A stretch of 64,000 bases of DNA, taken from contig JAZNWN010000015.1 of the NCBI GenBank assembly GCA_045593405.1, positions 91,542-155,541 of the forward strand, in the 5' to 3' direction. Under the pieces are notes generated by a model that saw only the letters and a list, made by a program, of their open reading frames with translations, made no database searches and was not told where the DNA came from. Positions 29,780 through 37,726 of the stretch are shown piece after piece (the stretch's first letter is position 1; every line of letters begins with the position of its first letter). The translations under genes and the position numbers were made by a program. Source of the DNA: Clostridia bacterium (GTDB lineage Bacteria > Bacillota > Clostridia > TANB77 > CAG-508).

Positions 29780-30232
29780 CTAAAAATATTTATCCATTTT
29801 CCAATTTATTACATTGTTCTTTATATACTCTTTTACTTTTAAATATTCTTTCTCATTTCTGACAATATGTTCATAAAAAGATTTTTGCCATATAGAATAT
29901 CCAATTCCTCTACTAATATTTGCTTTGAAATGCTTAATTATTTTTGAAATTGTTATTCCATTTTTATAATTTATCAATAGTAGAATATGTAAATGATTTG
30001 GCATTACAACATATTCATCTATTATTATATTTTTGTATATTTCTTCTAATTGATATATATTTTGTTTTACAATATCTCCTTCTCTTGTTAAATTTATATG
30101 ATTTTCTTTCTCTATTTTTCCTAGTAGTTCTAATCTATCTTTTACACATATTGTAATAAAATACATGTTTTCTTGTGAATAATCATAATCCTTTAACCTT
30201 ATCTTTTTTCTTACGGGCAAATTTTCTTTCAT
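29780..30232 (-). CDS. REP-associated tyrosine transposase (RAYT; IS200/IS605 TnpA-like HuH fold)
   Basis: 150 aa with the HuH motif (VVMPNHLHILL) and the C-terminal catalytic-Tyr region (WQKSFYEHIV). Flanked on both sides by inverted REP copies. Confidence 0.7.
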   Translation of the reverse strand: MKENLPVRKKIRLKDYDYSQENMYFITICVKDRLELLGKIEKENHINLTREGDIVKQNIYQLEEIYKNIIIDEYVVMPNHLHILLLINYKNGITISKIIKHFKANISRGIGYSIWQKSFYEHIVRNEKEYLKVKEYIKNNVINWKMDKYF

Positions 30233-30245
30233 TTATCTCCTTTCT

Positions 30246-30325
30246 GCCCCTATACATTTTACTCTATTTTATATATTTTTACAATATTTATATTCAAATT
30301 GCAGGCGATTAAAATCGCCCCTACA
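30246..30325. repeat. REP half-site (GCCCCTATACA) plus REP GCAGGCGATTAAAATCGCCCCTACA on the 5' flank of the RAYT gene
   Basis: Inverted relative to the 29755 REP. Confidence 0.65.
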
Positions 30326-30487
30326 TTTACTCTACAATCTTTAGTTATATAACAAACAGTACACATATCTTTTTTCTCTTCAGATATTTGAAGTCGCGAT
30401 TTGCGACTTCAAAGTTTCATGTCCTTTAATGATTAATTTAAAATTTATTTTTAAGGTGAATTTTTTTCACCTTAAATTCTATATAAA

Positions 30488-30521
30488 GAAATCCGCCCTC
30501 GATATAATCGAAGGCGGATTT
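30488..30521 (-). terminator. Terminator hairpin AAATCCGCCTTCGATTATATCGAGGGCGGATTT (minus strand) after gene 30529-31233
   Basis: 13-bp GC-containing stem followed by T-rich sequence on the minus strand. Confidence 0.5.
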
Positions 30522-30528
30522 GGCAATT

Positions 30529-31233
30529 TTAGTCATAGTAATATGCATCTCTATCATGTTTTCTTGGAATAAGCCTTTCTGTTGATCTTAACCTTTCCTC
30601 ATAAACATAGCGTACTTCATTCATTTCTTTCTGTCTTTGCACATCTTTTCCTAAAGCTTTGTCCAAGAGTTCCCAGACAGGTTCCAAAAGAGTTCGAATT
30701 CCTTCCTCTTCTTTTTTCAAAGCCTCTATTGCCTGTTCTAAAGGCTCTGCTTTTTCAAAGAAAGCTTCAACTTCTACTCTTGCTTTGTCCAACACACCTA
30801 CTTTTTCAGGAGGCCATTTATCTTCTTGGAACCCAAGCCATTTGTCAAAACTTTCTCTTTTGCACAAATCTAATCTAGGTTCCCAAAGTACATCAACCTG
30901 GCCTTGTACTCTCCTAAGGCAATATGCGCATCTATATCCATGCATACTTAAATAGCTAATGTGCATATCAAATTGAGTTAATGTACCAGGTTTCCGTTTA
31001 GGCCGTACTACATATGGTCTTGCATCAAGTTTATTATATTTTGCAAGTGCATCCTTTTCTTTCTCTGTTAAACTATGTCCTGTTTCTCGACATTCCTGTT
31101 GGAAATTTTCCCAAAAATCAAGATGGGCTTTTCTTAGATTTTCCAGTTCTGCTTGCTTTTCAGCAATTTGAGCTTGAATACTTTGAAATTTTATTACAAG
31201 CTCTTTAATAGCTTCTATTGCCAAATAAATCAC
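30529..31233 (-). CDS. Hypothetical protein, foreign-looking (higher G+C), with N-terminal coiled coil
   Basis: 234-aa ORF with G+C clearly above the flanks by eye. Contains two in-frame CGG codons (VVRPKRKPG). No family recognised. Confidence 0.45.
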   Translation of the reverse strand: MIYLAIEAIKELVIKFQSIQAQIAEKQAELENLRKAHLDFWENFQQECRETGHSLTEKEKDALAKYNKLDARPYVVRPKRKPGTLTQFDMHISYLSMHGYRCAYCLRRVQGQVDVLWEPRLDLCKRESFDKWLGFQEDKWPPEKVGVLDKARVEVEAFFEKAEPLEQAIEALKKEEEGIRTLLEPVWELLDKALGKDVQRQKEMNEVRYVYEERLRSTERLIPRKHDRDAYYYD

Positions 31234-31340
31234 CCTTCCTTAATTAAGATTAAAAATGTCTGTTCCTATGATGCAAAAGGATTTTATAATTTTGCATGGT
31301 TCATATTATAACAAATATTATGTTAATAGTCAATTTTCCC

Positions 31341-31369
31341 TTGCATATTCCTTTGTTTTGTAGTAAAAT
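31341..31369 (+). promoter_or_regulatory. Sigma-A type promoter for serS
   Basis: TTGCAT-N17-TAAAAT about 25 nt upstream of the serS RBS (AAAGGAG). Confidence 0.35.
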
Positions 31370-31395
31370 ATTATAGATTTAAAGGAGTTGGGTTT

Positions 31396-32676
31396 ATGTT
31401 AGATATTAAATTTGTTAGAGAAAATCCAGAGATTGTTAAAGAAAATATTAAAAAGAAATTCCAAGACCACAAACTTGGTTTAGTTGATGAAGTTTTAGAA
31501 CTAGATCAAAAAAACCGTGAAGTGAAATTACATGGTGATGAACTTAGAAGTTCTAGAAATTCTTTAAGTAACCAAATTGGCGGGCTTATGAGAGAAGGAA
31601 AAAAAGCTGAAGCTGAAGAAATCAAAGCTCAAGTTGCAAAAATCAATCAAGAATTAATAGATAATGAAAAATTAGAAGAAGAATATTCAGCAAAATTAAA
31701 AGATATTATGATGAGAATTCCAAACATTATTCACAATTCTGTTCCTATTGGAAAAGATGATAGTGAAAATGTTGAAATAGAAAAATTTGGTGAGCCAATT
31801 GTTCCGAATTACGAAATTCCTTATCATACAGATATTATGGAAAAGCTTTCTGGAATAGATTTAGATTCTGCTCGTCGTGTTGCTGGTAATGGTTTCTATT
31901 ATTTAACTGGAGACATTGCAAGACTACATTCAGCAGTAATTTCATATGCTAGAGATTTTATGATTAATAAAGGATTTACTTATTGCATACCACCTTTTAT
32001 GATTAGAAGTGATGTTGTAACAGGTGTTATGAGTTTTGAAGAAATGGATGCTATGATGTATAAAATTGAAGGTGAAGATTTATACCTAATTGGTACAAGT
32101 GAGCATTCTATGATTGGTAAATTTAAAGGTCAAATGCTCAAAAAAGATTGTCTTCCTTATACTATGACATCTTATTCTCCATGTTTTAGAAAAGAAAAAG
32201 GTGCTCATGGTGTTGAAGAAAGAGGTGTATATAGAATTCACCAATTCGAAAAACAAGAAATGATAGTTGTTTGTGAACCAGAAGAAAGTTATGACTGGTA
32301 TGAAAAAATGTGGCAATACACAGTTGAATTATTTAGAAGCCTAGACATTCCTGTTAGAACTTTAGAATGCTGTAGTGGAGACTTAGCAGATTTAAAAGCA
32401 AAATCATGTGATGTTGAAGCTTGGAGTCCAAGACAAAAGAAATATTTTGAAGTTGGAAGTTGTTCTAATTTAACAGATGCTCAAAGTAGACGTTTGGGAA
32501 TTCGTGTTAAAGGTGAAAAAGGAAATTATCATCCACATACTTTAAACAATACTGTTGTTGCTCCACCTCGTATGCTTATTGCTTTCTTAGAAAATAATTA
32601 TAACGAAGATGGAAGTATTAATATTCCAGAAGTTTTACAACCATATATGGGCGGAAAAGATAAGATTACATTTTAA
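31396..32676 (+). CDS. serS: Serine--tRNA ligase
   Basis: N-terminal coiled-coil arm plus class II core (motif 2 FRKEKGAHGVEERGVYRIHQFEKQE; motif 3 region); 426 aa. Confidence 0.95.
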   Translation: MLDIKFVRENPEIVKENIKKKFQDHKLGLVDEVLELDQKNREVKLHGDELRSSRNSLSNQIGGLMREGKKAEAEEIKAQVAKINQELIDNEKLEEEYSAKLKDIMMRIPNIIHNSVPIGKDDSENVEIEKFGEPIVPNYEIPYHTDIMEKLSGIDLDSARRVAGNGFYYLTGDIARLHSAVISYARDFMINKGFTYCIPPFMIRSDVVTGVMSFEEMDAMMYKIEGEDLYLIGTSEHSMIGKFKGQMLKKDCLPYTMTSYSPCFRKEKGAHGVEERGVYRIHQFEKQEMIVVCEPEESYDWYEKMWQYTVELFRSLDIPVRTLECCSGDLADLKAKSCDVEAWSPRQKKYFEVGSCSNLTDAQSRRLGIRVKGEKGNYHPHTLNNTVVAPPRMLIAFLENNYNEDGSINIPEVLQPYMGGKDKITF

Positions 32677-32684
32677 TAAATATT

Positions 32685-32776
32685 TGTAGGGGCGATTTTA
32701 ATCGCCCGCTCTTCGAAGGCTTACTTTTTGTTTAGCAAAGCTATGTAAGAACGGGCGAACAGAGTTCGCCCCTACA
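32685..32776. repeat. REPIN-like doublet (TGTAGGGGCGATTTTAATCGCCCG ... CGGGCGAACAGAGTTCGCCCCTACA) with a CTTCGAAG-containing spacer
   Basis: Two inverted REPs; same spacer motif as the doublets at 596 and 33427. Confidence 0.7.
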
Positions 32777-32809
32777 TTTATTATTTTAATTAAAGATAGG
32801 AGAAAATTT

Positions 32810-33391
32810 ATGATTATTAAAAATCCAAGATTTGAAATTTCTGCTGTTAGTAGAAAACAATATCCAACTGGTGGTTTACCTGAAATTGTTTTAGTTGGTA
32901 AATCTAATGTTGGTAAGTCTTCTTTTATTAATACAATGCTTGGTAGAAAATCTCTTGCTAGAACTAGTAGTGTTCCTGGTAAGACTCGCCAAATTAATTT
33001 TTATAATATTGATAATTCTTTTTATTTTGTAGATTTACCTGGATATGGTTATAGCAAAATGTCTAAGGAAGAACAAGTTAAGTCTGGTATTTTTATTGAG
33101 GATTACTTGAAATCTAGAAAAGAAATTGCTTTAGTTGTTTTTTTAATTGATATAAGACATGACCCTACTGAAAACGATAGATTAATGTATAAGTATATTA
33201 TAGATAGTGGCCTTCCTTGTTTAGTATTGGCAAATAAAGCTGATAAACTTGCACCTACAAAGGTTGAGGCTGCAGTTGTAGATTTACAAAACTCGTTAAA
33301 TCCATTAAAAGATTTAAAATTTATGCCATTTTCTTCTGAAAAGAAAATATATACAGAAAAAACATGGGAGTTTGTAGAGAAATTTATTTAA
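32810..33391 (+). CDS. engB: Ribosome biogenesis GTP-binding protein YsxC/EngB
   Basis: G1 GKSNVGKSS, G2/G3 region PGKTRQINFY...DLPGYGY, NKADK G4. Confidence 0.9.
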   Translation: MIIKNPRFEISAVSRKQYPTGGLPEIVLVGKSNVGKSSFINTMLGRKSLARTSSVPGKTRQINFYNIDNSFYFVDLPGYGYSKMSKEEQVKSGIFIEDYLKSRKEIALVVFLIDIRHDPTENDRLMYKYIIDSGLPCLVLANKADKLAPTKVEAAVVDLQNSLNPLKDLKFMPFSSEKKIYTEKTWEFVEKFI

Positions 33392-33426
33392 ATTATATTT
33401 TGTATAATTAATTTAATTGTAAACAA

Positions 33427-33495
33427 TGTAGGGGCGAACTTGTTCGCCCGCACTTCGAAGAACGGGCGATTAAAATCGCCCCTACAAATTTCGCC
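33427..33495. repeat. REPIN doublet TGTAGGGGCGAACTTGTTCGCCCG-CACTTCGAAGAA-CGGGCGATTAAAATCGCCCCTACAAATTTCGCC
   Basis: Two inverted REP hairpins, between convergent engB and clpC. Confidence 0.75.
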
Positions 33496-33527
33496 ATGAA
33501 TATTTCACAAAAATTCAATTTATCTTA

Positions 33528-35948
33528 TTAATTTTTATTTATGATTATTTTATTATCCTGCAACACCATTTCTGCATTATCCCCTTCTTGTAAATTCCCC
33601 TCTAGTATTTCTTCTGCAATTTTGTCTTCTAATATATTTTGCATTGCACGTCTTAATGGTCTTGCACCATACACAAAATCTGTTCCTTTATCTATTATTA
33701 AATCTTTTATTTTATCCTCGACTTTTACATTTATATTTCTTTTTTCTAGTTTCTCTAGCGTTTCTTTTAACATTAAATCCACAATTTGTTTTAGCTCTTC
33801 TCTTCCTAATTTATTAAATACAATTATCTCATCTATTCTATTTATAAATTCAGGTTTTAACTGTTTTTTTAATTCTGCAAGCACATCTTTTTTTAACTGT
33901 CTTGCATCATTTTGCAGATCTTCATTCTTAAATCCTAATGTCTTTTTTTCTGTTATTAACCTTGCTCCAATATTTGAGGTCATTATAATTACTGTATTTT
34001 TAAAATCTACTGTTCTTCCATGTGAGTCTGTTAATATTCCATCTTCTAAGATTTGAAGCAATAAATTCAAAACATCTGGATGAGCCTTCTCTATTTCGTC
34101 AAAAAGCACTAAAGAATACGGCTTTCTTCTTACTTTTTCTGTTAATCCTCCTTGTTCTTCATAACCCACATACCCTGGAGGTGCACCAATTATCTTAGAT
34201 GTACCATGTGCCTCCATAAATTCAGACATATCTAATCTAATCATTGCATTTTCTTCTCCAAAAAGATTCTCAGCAAGTGCCTTTGAAAGTTTAGTTTTGC
34301 CAACACCAGTTGGACCTAAAAATAGAAATGAACCTATCGGTCTATTAGGGTCTTTTAGCCCAATTCTTGACCTTTTTATAGCTTTACTAATTACATCTAT
34401 CGCCATACTTTGCCCTACTACCCTTTTAGATAATTCTTGTTCCAAACTTTTTAATTTTTCACTTTCTGTCTGATTAATCTTTAGTATTGGTATTCCTGTA
34501 CTTTTTGAAATAACTTCTTCTATATCAAATTTCGTAATTGAAGTAATGGTTTTATTGTTTTCAGATTCCCAAGTTTCTTTTTGATGCTCTAGTTTTTCTT
34601 GTTCCTGTTTCTCTATATCTCTTAACTTTGCAGCTTTTTCGAAGTCTTGTGTACGTACTGCTTCTTCTTTCTCCTTCGATACTTCAAGCAATCTTTTTTC
34701 TTGTTTTTTTATTATATTTGGTTCGGTATATAATTCTATTTTTACTTTTGAAGCCGCTTCATCTATTAAATCTATTGCTTTATCTGGCAAAAATCTATCA
34801 TGTATATATCTATTAGACAATCTAACAGCTGTTTCTATTGCTTCATCTGTTATTTTTACATTATGATGTGCTTCATACTTATCTCTAAGACCTGATATTA
34901 TTTTTATTGCATCTTCTGATTTTGGTTCTTCTATCATAATTGTTTGAAATCTTCGCTCTAGTGCAGTATCCTTTTCAATATATCTTCTGTATTCATTTAT
35001 AGTAGTTGCCCCTATTAATTGAATTTCTCCTCTTGCTAGTAGTGGCTTTAAAATATTTGATGCATCTATTGCTCCTTCTGCAGCTCCTGCTCCAACAATA
35101 GTATGAATTTCATCTATAAATAATATTATATCTCCTGCATTTTTTACTTCTTTTAAACATTTTTTTATTCTCTCTTCAAAGTCTCCTCTATATTTTGCTC
35201 CAGCTACCATTCCAGAAATATCTAATGTATAAATTCTTTTATTTTTTAGTATATCTGGAACATTCCCTGATGTGATATTTTGCGCCAATCCCTCAATTAT
35301 TGCAGTTTTTCCAACACCAGGTTCGCCTATTAAACATGGATTATTTTTCGTTCTTCTTGATAAAGTTTGTATAACTCTAGTTATTTCATTTTCTCTTCCT
35401 ATTACTGGATCCAATCTTCCTTCATATGCAATCTTTGTTAATTCTGTTCCAAACTGATTCAGTGTTTGTTCTTTTACATTCTTACTTTTTGAACTTGCAT
35501 TTTTGTTTACTTCATATTTGTCCATTGAATCAAAAATATTATTATACATTTTTTCAAAATCTACATTTAGGTCAATCATAATTTTTACAGCAACACAGTC
35601 TGTTTCTTTTATTATTCCTATAAGAAGATGTTCTGTTCCTATATATTCTGAATTTTGTTTTTTAGCTTCCCTAAATGCATTTTCAATTATTCGTTTTGTT
35701 CTAGGTGTCAAACCTATTACAGATATAATATTTTTATCTCCTTCTCCTATTAGTTCTATTATTTTATCTAAAACTTTTTTTGCACTTACTCCTTGCCTTT
35801 CTAAGACTTTACTCGCTATACATCCTTCTTCTTTTGCTAAACCATATAGTAAATGCTCTGTGCCTACGTAATTATGCCCTAAACTTATTGCTAAATCATT
35901 TGCAAGTTCTACAACCTCTCTTGCTCTATTGGTAAACTTATATGTCAT
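33528..35948 (-). CDS. clpC: ATP-dependent Clp protease ATP-binding subunit ClpC
   Basis: Clp_N repeats (VGTEHLLYGL, IGTEHLLIGI), two AAA+ modules (GEPGVGKT; GPTGVGKT), UVR-like linker; 806 aa. Confidence 0.9.
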   Translation of the reverse strand: MTYKFTNRAREVVELANDLAISLGHNYVGTEHLLYGLAKEEGCIASKVLERQGVSAKKVLDKIIELIGEGDKNIISVIGLTPRTKRIIENAFREAKKQNSEYIGTEHLLIGIIKETDCVAVKIMIDLNVDFEKMYNNIFDSMDKYEVNKNASSKSKNVKEQTLNQFGTELTKIAYEGRLDPVIGRENEITRVIQTLSRRTKNNPCLIGEPGVGKTAIIEGLAQNITSGNVPDILKNKRIYTLDISGMVAGAKYRGDFEERIKKCLKEVKNAGDIILFIDEIHTIVGAGAAEGAIDASNILKPLLARGEIQLIGATTINEYRRYIEKDTALERRFQTIMIEEPKSEDAIKIISGLRDKYEAHHNVKITDEAIETAVRLSNRYIHDRFLPDKAIDLIDEAASKVKIELYTEPNIIKKQEKRLLEVSKEKEEAVRTQDFEKAAKLRDIEKQEQEKLEHQKETWESENNKTITSITKFDIEEVISKSTGIPILKINQTESEKLKSLEQELSKRVVGQSMAIDVISKAIKRSRIGLKDPNRPIGSFLFLGPTGVGKTKLSKALAENLFGEENAMIRLDMSEFMEAHGTSKIIGAPPGYVGYEEQGGLTEKVRRKPYSLVLFDEIEKAHPDVLNLLLQILEDGILTDSHGRTVDFKNTVIIMTSNIGARLITEKKTLGFKNEDLQNDARQLKKDVLAELKKQLKPEFINRIDEIIVFNKLGREELKQIVDLMLKETLEKLEKRNINVKVEDKIKDLIIDKGTDFVYGARPLRRAMQNILEDKIAEEILEGNLQEGDNAEMVLQDNKIIINKN

Positions 35949-36047
35949 TTTTTAATCACCCTTTATATTAAAAGTATGTAAATTCTATTTACTTATACTA
36001 ATTATTTACCAATTTTTGTTGGATATACATATATAAAATTTATAATG

Positions 36048-36134
36048 TGTAGGGGTCGCACCCCTGGGCGACCCGAAATGAATATTATAAATAATTTACG
36101 GGTCGCTGTGGGCAGCGACCCCTACAAATTTTGC
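36048..36134. repeat. Two REP elements (TGTAGGGGTCGCACCCCTGGGCGACCCGAAATG ; TACGGGTCGCTGTGGGCAGCGACCCCTACAAATTTTGC)
   Basis: GGGTCGC...GCGACCC subtype, left flank of the high-GC islet. Confidence 0.65.
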
Positions 36135-36151
36135 AATATATTATAGCAAAA

Positions 36152-36198
36152 AGAAAACCCTCGCTTTATAAAGCGAGGGTTTTTCTTTTTTAATGACT
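36152..36198. terminator. Terminator hairpin AAAACCCTCGCTTTATAAAGCGAGGGTTTTTCTTTTTT
   Basis: Perfect 12-bp stem plus T-run. Confidence 0.6.
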
Positions 36199-36202
36199 AT
36201 GC

Positions 36203-36424
36203 TTACCAGGAAACTGTTTTGATATCAAGTTTTCCAACTCCACGTATTTTGCAGAGTATTGTAATATTGTCATCCACATGAGCAACAAATACTCCATTGC
36301 CAGCATTTCCCCTTACAAATGTAACCATTTCTGGCGTAACAGCATAAGGTGTTTTCCGAGTCATCTCCGTAGCAACATTGTTTTTCACGATTGCCACTAC
36401 CGAACTAGCGCGAGTTCCTGCCAT
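36203..36424 (-). CDS. Small hypothetical protein A (73 aa), paralog of the next gene; higher G+C
   Basis: Shares ...EMT.KT....TPEMV.FVRG...GV.V........I.C.I.G.G motif pattern with gene B. G+C about 40% by hand count against an AT-rich background. One in-frame CGG. Confidence 0.45.
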   Translation of the reverse strand: MAGTRASSVVAIVKNNVATEMTRKTPYAVTPEMVTFVRGNAGNGVFVAHVDDNITILCKIRGVGKLDIKTVSW

Positions 36425-36485
36425 TTTTGGTTTCCTCCTTAAATAATATAATGCTTATAAATCCTTTGGTAAATTGAGGTTTTCC

Positions 36486-36716
36486 TTAATAAAACTCCAT
36501 CTGGCCATATAGAATAGTGCAAGTGCCATCTCCTTCTATCCAACAAATTAGCGTGGTATCACCACACTGTGCCGCATAAACCAATACACCTTGCGTATGC
36601 CTACCAACTTGAACCACCATATCTGGCGTAATAGTCCATGACGTTTGAGCAGTCATTTCCTCAGCAACCTTCTGTTCCAGAGCTTTTTTACTCCATACAT
36701 AGTCACAATCACACAT
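36486..36716 (-). CDS. Small Cys-containing hypothetical protein B (76 aa), paralog of gene A
   Basis: MCDCDYVWSKKALEQKVAEEMTAQTSWTITPDMVVQVGRHTQGVLVYAAQCGDTTLICWIEGDGTCTILYGQ; own RBS GGAGG. Confidence 0.45.
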   Translation of the reverse strand: MCDCDYVWSKKALEQKVAEEMTAQTSWTITPDMVVQVGRHTQGVLVYAAQCGDTTLICWIEGDGTCTILYGQMEFY

Positions 36717-36878
36717 TATTTTTCCTCCTTAAATTTAAAAATTCTAATGTCTCGTGGTCCTCCTGATAGAGGAATTTTTAAAACGCCTTTCTAGGCATCT
36801 GCGCAATATTATAGCAAATTTACATAATGTTGTCAATTGTAGGGATACAATCATCAACACCTTGTAATAAAATTATTA

Positions 36879-36908
36879 ACGGGTCGCCCAGGGGTGCGAC
36901 CCCTATAT
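36879..36908. repeat. REP element ACGGGTCGCCCAGGGGTGCGACCCCTATATAA
   Basis: Right flank of the high-GC islet; same subtype as 36048. Confidence 0.6.
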
Positions 36909-36946
36909 AAAATAAAACACATCAAATCGATGTGTTTCTTATTTTA

Positions 36947-37657
36947 TTATTTTAATTCCACTCTTGGATTTTCATCTACTCTGTATTCTGCCATTGGAAA
37001 TACTCTTTTTTCTGCTGGTACAAATCCTCTTACTTGTACTGTTGGCAATATCCATGTGTATGGTCCTATAAATGTTCCTGGTACTGTTGTAGAATTTGCT
37101 CCTAATCTTGTACTATCTCCTATTATTGCTCCAAAAAAGTCTGTTCCTACATCATGTTTTTCTCCATTTATTTTTACTGTAATGTTTTTTTGGTCAAATC
37201 GTCTATTAGCAAGGATTATTCCACTTCCAATTCTAGTTGACTTTCCTAAAATTGTGTCTCCACAAAATGCTAAACTTGCTACCTTTGATTTGTTTTGTAA
37301 TATACAATGTTTTACTTCACTTGCGTGACCTACCACACAATTATCTCCTATTACTGTCCATGGCCTGATTAATGCTCCTGATTGAATTTCCACATTTTTT
37401 CCAATCATTACTGGCCCTTGAATTACTGCATTTGCATGAATTTTTGTTCCTTCATCTATAAAATAATTTCCAGATATTGAAACAAATTCTCCTACTTCAG
37501 CTTTATTTATTTTTACATCTTTATCAACTATTTGTTCTTTTATGTATTCTTTTGCTTTTTCTAAAGCTTCCCATGGATATGTACAGCCTTCAAATACTTC
37601 TTTAAATGTAAATTTATCCATTTCTTTAAAATAATAATCTAGTTTTAGTTTTTCCAT
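36947..37657 (-). CDS. Left-handed beta-helix (hexapeptide-repeat) protein, acyl/nucleotidyl-transferase-like
   Basis: Repeated [LIV]G.N..I hexapeptide pattern over ~150 aa (IGKNVEIQSGALI..., IGDNCVVGHAS..., ILGKSTRIGSGIIL...). Confidence 0.5.
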   Translation of the reverse strand: MEKLKLDYYFKEMDKFTFKEVFEGCTYPWEALEKAKEYIKEQIVDKDVKINKAEVGEFVSISGNYFIDEGTKIHANAVIQGPVMIGKNVEIQSGALIRPWTVIGDNCVVGHASEVKHCILQNKSKVASLAFCGDTILGKSTRIGSGIILANRRFDQKNITVKINGEKHDVGTDFFGAIIGDSTRLGANSTTVPGTFIGPYTWILPTVQVRGFVPAEKRVFPMAEYRVDENPRVELK

Positions 37658-37689
37658 ATGTTTTACCTCTTTTATAAATTTTATTTTTT

Positions 37690-37715
37690 CGGGCTGGTCA
37701 AAACCAGCCCCTACA
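37690..37715. repeat. REP-like hairpin CGGGCTGGTCAAAACCAGCCCCTACA
   Basis: CCCCTACA terminus, GC stem. Confidence 0.55.
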
Positions 37716-37726
37716 TTTCTAATATT

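Noticed and set aside
29631-29780. T-box leader upstream of alaS or serS
   Set aside because: The upstream regions are only ~100-160 nt and lack the conserved T-box sequence and an antiterminator/terminator pair. They contain only a REP (alaS) or a plain promoter (serS).
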